NCBI GenBank assembly: GCA_048213135.1
Contig: PS015015.1
Location: 96,925 to 160,924, forward strand
Direction of reading: 5' to 3'
Source of the DNA: Reclinomonas americana ATCC 50394
Lineage: Eukaryota
Length of the DNA: 64,000 nucleotides
Positions 42,001-53,245 of the stretch are shown one piece after another. The notes under the pieces are model-generated. The model ran no database searches, had not been told where the DNA came from, and was given only the letters and a program-made list of their open reading frames with translations. Made by a program: the position numbers and the translations under genes. The first letter of the stretch is position 1; each line of letters starts with the position of its first letter.

Positions 42001-43204
42001 GCAGTCTAATGTCGCAGGCCGTGGACTACTTCCAGTCGGCTCGGCACGATCCGTTGGTGGGACCGCAAATCATCCTAGACCTGGCAGTGGCCCTCGACAA
42101 CTCGGGTGTCGTCCTGCAGGGGCTGGGGCACTTTGAGCGCGCCATTGAGCGGCACCGGGTTTGTTGTTGTGCGCGCTTCACGGGTGCATTTTTCATTCAT
42201 TTACTCAAATGAGCATGTGTTACAGGAGGCTGCCGAGGTGCGCTCGTCACTCTACGAGGCCTCCAACATTGAGCTGTGGCCGTCGCGGACCAATCTGGCC
42301 ATTGCGTATGAGAACTGTGGACGGAATGCGGAAGGTTGGGTCCCCTTGGTGTGTGCATGTGCGTGTGCGTTTGCTCATGCGATTGCTGGGTGCAGCAATG
42401 GAGATCCACCGCGAGATGCTCGAACTGGCACGCTCATCGCCTGGCACCTTCTCGAGTCACATTGCGTCCAGTCTCACCAATTTGGCCATCTCGGTGGCGC
42501 TCGCTGGCGAACTCACGGAGGCCGAGGGTTTGCTGGTGGGTTTCCTCTTTCTGATTTGCTTTACTTGTTTGCGTGGCTGACTTTCTCTCCACGCCGCGAT
42601 GCAGCGCGAAGCCGGTGACTTGTGGCCAACGCTGCACCCGGAGCTCGGTATTGTGTGGAACAACCTCGGGCTGGTGTTGATGTACCAGGGCCGTCTGGAG
42701 GAGGCCGCGAACTACCTCAACAAATCCCTGCAGCTGCTGGAGATGCACCGCCGCGGCGACAACCCTGTGTGTCTGCTGGTGCGCAACAACATTGGTGTGC
42801 TGACCGAGTCCAGTCCGGTTCCGCAAGACGCACTGTACGTGTACGCCCACGCGGCACGCATGCGCCCCGTGCACCCCTGCTACCCGTTCGTGACCTTCAA
42901 CACGGCACGCGTGCTGTCGCTCTCTAACCGAGAGCAGGCCGCTGCGCTGTTCCGCAAGGTGTGTGTGATTGTGATTGTGAATGTGCGGGAGTGTGAGGCG
43001 CGTCTCACGCAGTGGAGCGCGCAGTGTCACGAGCAGGTGACGGTGGTGGATCCGTGGGCCGGGCAAAGCGCCGAGTTGCAGGAGTTGCGCCAGCAGCACG
43101 ACTGGCTGGCCATGGCGGACCGAGTAAGCGAGCTGTCGCCGCAAGCCGTGTTCTTGCACGCGTACGCTCGATGTGTGCACCGCAATGCGTGGAACACTTA
43201 CTGA
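36073..43204 (+). CDS. NLR-like STAND P-loop NTPase with C-terminal TPRs, low-complexity N-terminus and an unrecognised globular domain
   Basis: Walker A VTGEQGVGKTS (~38840); Walker B RIIVLDNV (~39200); GxP motif INGSPLYAQL (~39620); TPRs HPEYARALNTAANI...EAIRLIERSL and HPELGIVWNNLGLVLMYQGRLEEAANYLNKSL. One gap at 38069-38118. Confidence 0.78.
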
Positions 43205-43317
43205 TCCCTCCCCTCCTCTCTCTGTTTAATCTGAAATGAACTTCGCGAAGAAAACTCTGTTTACTCCTCCGCTGACCACCACACTGACTTGACTCACTGC
43301 ATTTTCTTTCGATCCGA

Positions 43318-44469
43318 TCACAACCCAAACAATTCCTCGTCCAGACCCTTCACCGTCGCCTGCGCCGACCGTGACGCCGGCTTATCATCCTCACGCTTGG
43401 TGGCCTTGCCCGCCGGCTTCTTCTTCTTCTTCTTGTCCTCGTCGAGATCCATCGTGCCGGCCTCGACACCCATGGCCGCCTCGAACTTATTGGCAGTCTT
43501 CATCTCCTTCTTTGCGGGATTGGCAAACATGGCATCCAGCGCATCTCGCTGCTGCCGCGTCTGGTACGTCGAAATGTCATCAGCAACATCATCAGCAGCC
43601 ACCACCACCGCGCCATCACCGTCGACAGCCGTGACCGCACTCGCACTCAGTCTCAGCGTCGACAGTTGCTCGCTCGGTGGTGCCACAGCCACCGCCGCCG
43701 CTGTTGCTGTTGTCGTCGTCGTCGTAGTTGTCGTCGTCGATGATGAGGTCGCAGTGGCGCCACCGCCAGCCCGGGAGCCACCAAACAGCGAGTCATGTGT
43801 GTCGGCAAAGAAGTCTGACGCATTACGCTGCGCCGACTGCGGCTGTGGTGGAGGCGGTGGCTGCGGTGCAGCGGTGGCACTTGTCGCCGACGACGCATCT
43901 CCCGACGCCGCCAACAGCGCCTCCGCCTCTCTCCGCTCCTGCGCACTGATGACCACACCATCCAACTCCAGCAGCGTCGGCATCCGCGCAATCACAAACG
44001 CCCGGTAGTTGCGCTCGGTCTTGGCGAACGGACAACCCTCCAGCCACAAGGACTCCACCGCCGGAAACGTAAACAACCCTGCATGCACAACCACAGTGGA
44101 TGAGTCATGGATGACGCGAACGAGGAGAAAGCAAGAGCACGAAACCTTGCAGTTGCCGCGCAAAGCGAAACGTGTTGCCACTGAGATCCAGGCGACGCAC
44201 ACGCAAGCACTTGCTGAAATCACCCAAATCTGATCATCACGCACAGTCATCACTCTTGCACACACACACATACACCACTCTCTTCACTCACCATCAATGC
44301 TGCCTTTGGTGATCGACAGCTCCTCCACCTCTGCCACATTCACCATCTGTCACACACGCACAACAAGAGAGCGTGAGTGTGTGACGCAAACACTCACAGA
44401 CAAGAGCACACATAAGCAACAAACCCGATTCAGCTTCGCCGGCAGCTTCTCCACAGTCAACTTGGGCAT
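43318..44469 (-). CDS. Short SDS22/U2A'-type LRR protein with LRRcap
   Basis: MPKLTVEKL; VRRLDLSGN; VESLWLEGCPF...NYRAFVIARMPTLLELDGVVISAQER. Confidence 0.8.
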
Positions 44470-44567
44470 TCTCTCTGCTCAACAACGACGATTGCACAAG
44501 TCAGCTCAAGTCGTCGTCGTCCTGCACACAAATTGCAATCCGTCAACAGTCTCTCGGAGTAGAAAGG

Positions 44568-47500
44568 ATGCGCTCGGCACCACGTGTGCATTCCAAAGTT
44601 TCGCCCACTCTTCTCTCATGCCCAACTCTCTCTCACACACTCACACACACGCGCGTTCACAGGATGCAGAGGCGGAATCTGCATCGCCCTCGACGCTCTC
44701 CTTTGTGCTCTTTCTCGTGTGCATTGTGTGCGTGTGTGTGGCCGTGTGGAGCTTCGAGCATCCACTGTGGTCACTGCCGACTCCGGTCTCTGGCAAGGAG
44801 TGCCCGGCGGAGAGCGCCACGTGTTTCTCAGAGGAGCGCGCTCGTCGACACACGCAGTATCTCACAGAGACCATTGGCATTCGTTGCGCATCTGCATCTC
44901 TTGCGCGCCTCTCTCTTTTCTTTGTTTTTTTTGTTGTTCATTCTTTTGTTTCCCCTGTGGCACTGCGTAGGACTGACGGGCACTGATGAGAATGAGATTG
45001 TTAGTGCGGGGTACCTGCTTAACGAATTCGAGGCGTTGCAGGTCGGTCGGGCTGTCGGTGTTTCTCCGCATTGTGTCTCTGTCTCTTATCGCTCGTGTGT
45101 GTGTGTTGGCGATGCAGGAGACTGCCAGCGAGAAGCTGACGGTGGAGGTGGAGCAGCAGTTCACCTCGGGCAATTTCTCCATGAGTTGCGCACGTTTGCA
45201 TGCAGGCTGTATGTTATAACAACAACGCATTCACTGGGTGTCCGCCAGACTTTTTGCAGCACGACTTGGCGCTGGTGTACTCGAATGTCACCAACATTCT
45301 CATGCGTGTGCGGGCGCGTAGTGATGCGGAGCCGGAGCATTGCGTCGTGGTCGGCACGCACTTTGATTCGACGATTTCCAGTCCCGGTTTGCTCACGATC
45401 CTCCTTGGTGGTGCTCGTGACCGCCACCCCCACATGCGCGCTTACTGGCATGTGTGTGATGCAGGTGGTTCCGATTGTGGCACGCCAGTGGGTATCGCGG
45501 TGGAAATGGCACGCGCGCTGACTCGTCCGGGTGCGGAGAAGTACTTTTCGCCGGGTGGCGAGAACTGCGTCGTGTTTGTGCTGAATGGCAGCGAGGAATT
45601 CGGACTGCTGGCCGCACACGGTTTCCTGAGCCATCCGTGGGCCGAGCGGTGAATGGCTTTTCCTCTCAGCTGCTTGGTTATCTTGCTCTCACAATCCTAC
45701 AGCTCCTCGTTCATCGTCAACATGGAGGCCGTCGGTGCCGGCAGCAAGGAAGGTACGTCTGTCGTCCGTCGCTTTGGCGCACTGGTGTGCCTCGCTTAAA
45801 CACGCTGCTGCACGCGCACAGTCTTCTTCCAGACCGCCCCCGGCAACCGCCACTTTGTGGAGACGTACTCTGAGTACGTGAAGCGTCCGCATGGCACAGT
45901 GCTGGTCCGTCGTCGTTGTTGTTGTTGTTGCCGTCGCTTGCAGTTTTGTGTGCCTTCTGAGTCGCTTTGCGTGCTTTCGATAGGGCGAGGATTTGTTCCA
46001 GCGGCTGCAAGTCATTCCCAGGTGCGTGTTGCAATGGGCGACGGCGTTGCGTACATGTATCATTGTTCTTAACTGCATCGTGTAGCGACACCGATTTCCG
46101 CATCTACCGCGATTTCGGCGGCATGCGTGGCTACGATTTTGCCGTGTACCGCAACAGGTGCGTGATGCTTTCATGTGGCGGCGACTTGCACTTCCATTCA
46201 CCACCACACGCGCACAGCCAAGTGTACCACACCGAAAAGGATAACATGGAGATGATCACACCCGGCACCATTCAGCACTACGGCGAGAACGTGTTTGCCG
46301 TGACCCGCGGCATCTTGGCCAACTACAAGAAGCTGGTGCAGAGGCATTGTCTCTTGTTGTTCTCTTGTCTTTCCAGGCGTTGTTGCTTACGTTGTCGCAG
46401 ACGGAGACGGACGTGGAGGATGTCGCATACTTTGATGTTCTGAGCACGTACATGATGTGGGTGCCGTCATGTTGCGTGGCTGCTTGTTTATCAGCAGAGG
46501 CTCTCTCTCTCTCTCTCTGTCGCTGACACGTCAGTCTTTCCATCAGCCGTTCTCCGCCTGATCCAAGTCTCCACATTCGTCATTACACTGCTGTTGCTGG
46601 TGATCTTCTCACGCAACAAGCGTGGTGGCAACACCATTTTCCAGGACGCGTTGGTCGACACGGTGAGTGCGTTGTTGCAGTGTACACTCATGGTGACGAT
46701 CACTGAATGTGTGTGCGTGTGTGTTTGCAGGGAGTGCTGATCCTCGCCGTGCTGTTCGCCGTCATTTTCAACGTCTGCGTGGCGCTCTTCGTGACACGTG
46801 TCATTGGAAGCCGCCTCTCGTTCTACTCGAACGGATTGCTCGGTGGTTTGCTGTACGGCAGCGGTGCACTGTTTGGCTTCTTCCTGGCCATTCGTTTCAA
46901 GGTTTGGCAGTCGGGGGTGTCGTGAAAGAAAAGAGTGTGAGCGACTGACGGCGACTCACGCAGACGGTGGTTGCGGTGCTGGCTGGACTCATTGTCGCCA
47001 TGTTGCAATATGTGCTGGTGCTGCGCGTCGCGTGGCGCATCGGCTCGCCGGAGGAAGTCGACGACATTACGTGGGTGTCGAACTTGGTGCCGTCGCCGAC
47101 AATGTTGTACGGCGCGGCAGTGGTGATGGCCTCTGTGTCGCTGATTGTCGTGCCGTGGATGGGCGTGCGTCAGTTGCGTGATATGCGATAATGATCGCAT
47201 GTGGGAGTAACGTACCAACATTCGCGTTCAGCTTCGCGCACCGTCGTCGGACAGCCAAGGAGGCACCATCGCCGTTGACTCAGCGTCTGGCATTCGGATT
47301 CAGCGTCCAGTTCCTGACACTGCTTATCATGGCGGCACTGGCCGCTGGTCCGTCACGATTTGTGTGTGCATGTGGTGATCGACTTCTGTCTCACAGTTTT
47401 CGCACAGGCGGTCTCGGTTTCACGTATCTGTTCACCATTGTGAGCATTGCTGGTGTGCTGTCCCTCGTGCTGGAGCTGCTGGGCAACGGTATCGTGCCCA

Positions 47501-48762
47501 TGACTGTGCGTCTGTTGGTGTGCTGCGCGCCGATCTTGGTGCACGCGATGCACCTGTTCTCCAACACCACTGGACTGCTGTTCGGACTGTGTGGCCGCCT
47601 CGGCAAGATTGTGAGTGTGCCTGCTGATCTGTCTCACAGCACGTGCGTTCTCATCCCATGTCATGACAGGACGGCGACATTGCGGTGGCGGTGCTGGTCG
47701 GCGTGTTCTCCGTGCTGACCCTGCTCATCGTGTTGCACTTTATCAACAGCACCGGCAAGGTCAGTCAGCATGCTCCGTCGTCGTGGAAATCGTGCTGTTC
47801 TCACATGTTTGCACGCATCAGACCGACACCCTGCTCGTGTTGCTCGCCGTGGTGCTGGTGGCGTCGATTGCAGTCGCCTCCCACACCGCTCCATACACCG
47901 CCAACACACCAAAGCGTCTCTTTGCGCAGCGCAATTTCCAGTTGAGTGGGTCACCATCGATGTTTGTTGTCGTCGCGCGAGCTGAAAAATTGATGTGCAT
48001 GTGAACAGTCAGGACCTGCGTGCTGCCGAGCCGCAGTGGAAGTCCAAGTACATTGTCAGCTGGCTCGACTCGGTGGCGCTGGCCGAGGAGCACGCATCCA
48101 GGCTGGCCGGTGGAGCGCCACTGGTGCTTCACCACGGATATCCGACAACGGCTTCGGAGTATTTGGTGTGTGTGTGTGTGTGTTGCTGGAGTAGCCGCGG
48201 CCAGCCCTCAACATGGTGCTCACTGCTTGCCGTCGTGCAGTCTCTCTATCCGGTTCACATTCTGCTGTCGGGACTGTACGAGTGGGGCCACAGCACCAAG
48301 GAGACACCAGAAGTGGTGCCGACCATCACCGTGCTGAAGGACACGATCGATGTTATGGTCTGTCGCGCTGCACCTTGCTTCTACCTGCCTTCGCAAGGCT
48401 GTGACACGTACTATCCCACACAGGGCAAACGACGCATTGAGCTCGAGTTCGACCGCGTTGCCAAGGAGTCGCAGTGCGTGCTCCGCATCAGTGGCCACCT
48501 GGTGAGCTGGGACGTGGTGGAGGGCCTCGTCACCGAGCAGCTGATGGACGCCGCCGAGGACGGCAAGCCGTTCACGGCCTACATTCGCCAAGTCGGCCCG
48601 GAGACACGCTGGCGCCTGCGCATAACCGCAGAGCCCGACACTGGCGTGCTGCTGAACCTGGCCGCCAGCTACTGGAAGACCGTCCTAGAGCATGCCCACA
48701 CGCTACCGGAGTGGACCACCAAGTTGCAGATCGAGGAGGTCATCGTCACAAAGGCGCTGTGA
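44568..48762 (+). CDS. ERMP1: ER metallopeptidase 1-like (M28) multipass membrane peptidase
   Basis: FSEERAR; YSNVTNIL; GTHFDS; GSDCG; NGSEEFGLLAAHGF; NMEAVGAG; SDTDFRIY; YHTEKD; TM region; PYTANTPKRL. Confidence 0.9.
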
Positions 48763-49000
48763 GACGACAAGTCGACTTGAGTGAAGTCGACATCGACATC
48801 GACAATCCGAACAATACAATTTTTTTTGTTTTCCCTTTGTCGTTGTCGCGAGAGGAGAAGGAGAGTGTGTGTGAGAGAAAGAGAGAGCAAGTATGCCACC
48901 GAAACGCAACAGCAAGAGCGGTGCGTGTGTGTGTTGACTGCGTGCATTTCGTCATGCATCCTTTCTCATATGAGAGTGCGCAGCAGCCGCAGCTGAGCCA

Positions 49001-52000
49001 ATGGACACGGACGCGCAGGTTTGTCAAACAACAGCTTCTGCGGTGGTGGCGACCTCACACTCCACTCACATTCTGCACTGTGCACAACACAGGCAGCAGC
49101 AGCAGCAGCCGTGGTGGTTGCCTTTAGTGGTCAGTTCGGATGCACCGAGGCGTCGCTGGGCAAGACGGTCGAGTCGATTGGAGGCTCCTGGTCGCGCTCT
49201 GTCACCAAGAAGGCAAGTGTGCACGTTCGTTGTCGTGCTGTGTGCATGTGTGCTCATGACTGCCCGCGCACACAGGTCACACATCTGGTGACCACTCTCG
49301 AGGACGTCGGTCGACATGCACTCGGCGAAACGGCATTCGTCAAGGTCGCCAAGGCGGTAATGGCCAAGCTGCCTCTTGGTTGCGTGCTCCTCCCTCTCCC
49401 TCTTTCCCTCTATCTGTCTGTCTCGCACTCACCGCTGCACTGTTGCCAGTGAGTCGCGAGTGGCTGACCGAGTCCGACGCGGCCGGCTCGTTCCTGCCCG
49501 TCGACAAGTTCCTCATTGAGCTCGAGGTGGCCAAGGCGGCCGTGGAGGCCGTCAGTGCCCCTCACCAGAAGAAGCGTGCGGCTGCGTCGGAGGCCGCTGA
49601 GGAGGAGGAGCTGCCGGGTGAGCCGACTGCTGGCATGCATGTGCCGCGTGTTTTTTTTCTTGACTGACAATGGTGGTTTTCTCTCTGCAGCCAAGAAGCG
49701 TGCGAAGCGTGGAGCCAAGGCCGCGGAGACGACGGCCACAGACGACAGTGAGCCGGCTGCTGCGGAGGCCCCTGCGGCGGCGGCGCGTCCGAAGAGGGGC
49801 GCCGGCAAGAAGGCTGCTGCGGCTGCGGCTGCGGCTGCTGCGACGAGCCCCACCAGCGACATGGATGTGGACGCGGGTGAGACGGAGGCAACGCCCGCCG
49901 CCAAGGCCAAGAAAGGCAAGGCAGCGGCCAAGGCCGCGACTAAGACGGAAAAGGCCGACGATGCCGCCATGGCCGGAGACGAGGAGGAAGAGGAGGCGGC
50001 GCCAGCGGCCAAGGGCAAGAAGGGCAAAAAGGGCAAGGCGGCAGCCAAGGCCACCGCCAAGACCGAGAAGGCCGACGATGACGAGGAGGAGGAGGAGGAA
50101 GAGGAGGCAGCCCCGGCAGCCAAGGGCAAGAAGGGCAAGAGCGGCAAGGCGGCTGTGGCTGCTGCTCCCGCCACTGCTGCCACTGCTCCCGCTGCTGCTG
50201 CTGCGCCGGCCTCATCCAGCCGCCCGCCGGATCCATTCACCACGGTGCCCCGCGATCAGATCATTATGGTGCCACGCGATGTGGCCAAGCCGAAGGCCAT
50301 CAAGGCCGCCAGCGCGCCGCCGTTCCCCTCCAACTACGTCATTCTCAAGCACGTCGGTGAGTCGCACGTTCCCCCCGAGTGATCTCATCGATGCACACTC
50401 ATGCTTCCATTTCCTCGCAGTGCTGCAAGGTATATGCGTATCGCAGTGCACTTGTCTGTCCCTGTTTACTGATTCGCCGCGCTGCAGTGACCGACATCAA
50501 GGACAACCACAACAAGTGTGCGTGTTGCAGCAGCGCTTGCTTTGTGTTTAATCTACTGCTCATTCTTCCCCCTCCCCAACGCAGACTACTCGATGGAGAT
50601 CCACGAGGCGCCTGGCGGCCACTACCGCATCTACAGCCACTACGGACGCACCGATGACCTGCAGTCGAACCCGGTCTGTTATCCGATGCGTGCACTTGTA
50701 TTTGTGGCTGCATCCACTGACTTGGCAGCTGCACAGAATGCTGGGCAGCGCGAAGTGCGCCTGTTCCCGAGCTTGCCTGCTGCGTGCGCCGGTTGGGAGC
50801 TCCTGTACAAGGTCTGTGCGTGTGGCCACTGATTGCATTTCCTCGAGACAACTCATTGGAGTACTATATGAGCGTAGGACAAGACCGGCGGTAGCAAGGG
50901 CTACCGTCCGTGAGTGGCATCCACCATTCCCTTTTTCTCGCGCTTCTTCATCGTCTCGCTCACTACGTCGCAGGGTGAACTTGGCGTCGTCCAAGATCGG
51001 CTCGGAGAAGGCAGTCGGTGTCAGTGTCGGCGAGGTCGGCGCAGCCACCTTGGCCAAGTCGACCAAGGCCTCTGATCCGCAGGCTGTTGCGTTGCTCTCT
51101 CTTCTCCATTTGATCTCGTGCACGCTGACACTCATCACTCGTGAGCAGGCCGTCAAGGCACCTGCCGTGTCGACACTCGACTCGCATGTGCAGGAGCTTG
51201 TGCGAGTTGCGTAATAATATCCTCCCCCCGATCGCGCCAGCCCTGCGAGCTCACTGTGCGTGGGCAGTACATTTACGCCGAGGCCACCAATGCACTCACG
51301 TCGGCCGTCAACTGCTCCATCACGGCGCACGGCATTGAGACGCCACTGGGCGTGTTGACCATGGAGCAGGTGGAGCGCGGCGAGGCCATCCTCAACCAGA
51401 TTCTCGGCGAGGTGGAGAGCAGCAAACCGAACAGCGCCGTGCTGCAGCGTCTCTCCAGCGATTTCTTCACCGCCATCCCTCACCGCATCGGTCGTTCGCG
51501 TGCCGACATCGAGGCCTCGGTGCTGACCACCAAGGACAAGGTCAAGGCCGAGGAGGAGTTGCTGCAGGTACGCACACACACATGTCTTGTAGGCCTCGCG
51601 TTTTTTCATGGCACTCAACTCCTGTGCGCAGCTGATGAAGGACATGTTGCAAGTGGACGAGGCCGGAGGTAGCGGCAGTCATGTGCTCTTCGACAATGTC
51701 GTTGACGACCAGGTTAGTGGTAAGACAAGCACGTTTGTGCATCTGTATCCTGAATATGTGGCGGTGCTGGAATGCAGTACAAGGCCCTCGGCTGCAACGT
51801 CGAGTTTGTGCCGCCGTCGTCGCCCGACTTTGCACGCATTCGCGACCACGTACTCAAATCGCGCGTAAAGTCGTGCAACCTCAAGGTGCGATCCTTTTCT
51901 CTCCTTCTCGCACTCGCGCACACACACTCACTGCATGTTGCAGGTGACCAATATTTACCGCGTGCAACGCCCCGAGGAGACCGCACGATACACGGGCGAC

Positions 52001-53057
52001 AAGATCGGCAACGAGCGCATGCTCTTCCACGGTTCCCGCATTCAGAATTGTTTCGTGGCGCTGCATGCACGCCAGCATCTCTTCACCTTTGTGACTGACC
52101 GCCGCTGGTGCATGCAGGGGTCGGCTTGTTGTCGCGTGGCCTGCTGAGTTGCGCCAGTTGCACATTAACAACTGTGTTTCCTCCTCGTCTGACTTGTTTT
52201 GTGTTTGAACAGTGCCCAAGACCGTCGTCTCCATGGGCATTCGTCGTACTGATGCTGGTGAGTGCATGCATATCTCTTCTTGTGCCAAGAACAACATTCC
52301 TCATCACTCACGGATGCCTTCCGACGCACAGGCTGGGTGAGCACACTCTCTTCTGTGACCAGTGATATGAACACGCGACTCATCGCGTACTGCAGCTCGG
52401 CAACGGTATCTACTTTGGTGACGCATCGTGCACAAGCGCGTACTACACCTCGTCGGGGTACGTTGTCGTGCGCAGTGTGCTTCCCGTGTCTGCCACAAGT
52501 GCCCATCAGTTTTCACCACAGACGCAATCGCAACACTCGCTTCATGATGGTGCTGACTGTTGGGCTCGGCAAGATGAAGGTCTGTGATGTGTGTGCACGT
52601 GAACCGACTTGATTGTCATTCTCACCGCACTGTCGCCGAACAGGAGTACACCAAAATCACGTACGGCTTGACGTGAGTGTCGTTCATCGCATGTGTACTG
52701 CTTTTCGATTTCGCTGTGCACTGATCGTGGTGCTGTAACAGGAGCCCGCCCAACGGCTACGACAGTTGCCACGGTGTTCGCCGGTGCGTGCTACTTTGCT
52801 ATCCTCCCTGCTCGAATGGTAAACCAACATTTTGTTCTTCCGCAGCACATCTGGCGTGCACAGCGAATTCTGTGAGTTGTGCCTCTCCCCTCTTCTTTTA
52901 TTCTTTGTTTCTCACTGTATGCAACAGCCGACGACGAGTACTGCATTTACGACCTGGCCCAGCAGGTTTGTTGGTGCTATTGGTTGTTTGCACATGGATG
53001 GTGTGTCACTCATTGGTCGTGCAGAAAATGGACTGGCTGGTCGAGTTTAGCATGTAA
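49001..53057 (+). CDS. Poly(ADP-ribose) polymerase: BRCT - charged linker - WGR - regulatory - catalytic domain
   Basis: Splices cleanly: BRCT (FSG...IGG...VTKK|VTHLV...EWL); WGR (DNHNKYY...HYGR...KGY); regulatory TPLGVL...FFTAIPH; catalytic LFHGS, GLLSRGL, RTDAGWLGNGIYFGD, DDEYCIY...WLVEF*. H-Y-E triad present. Confidence 0.93.
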
Positions 53058-53245
53058 GCAGCGACTCCGAAACACGCCACACACATTCTTCCCCAATCCA
53101 TCCCCAATCCTTTGCGAGAGCCTTCTCTCTCTCTCTCTCTCTCTCCCCACCCAATACCCTCCAATCAATGAACACGTTTTTGATGCATTTTGTTTTGGGT
53201 CTGTGCTTGCAGTGAGCACAGGGGTACAGGCGGCATATAGAGCCA

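Noticed and set aside
49410-50243. Long antisense ORFs over the PARP linker and other GC-rich exons
   Set aside because: Expected shadows of GC-rich, Ala/Lys/Glu-biased coding sequence.
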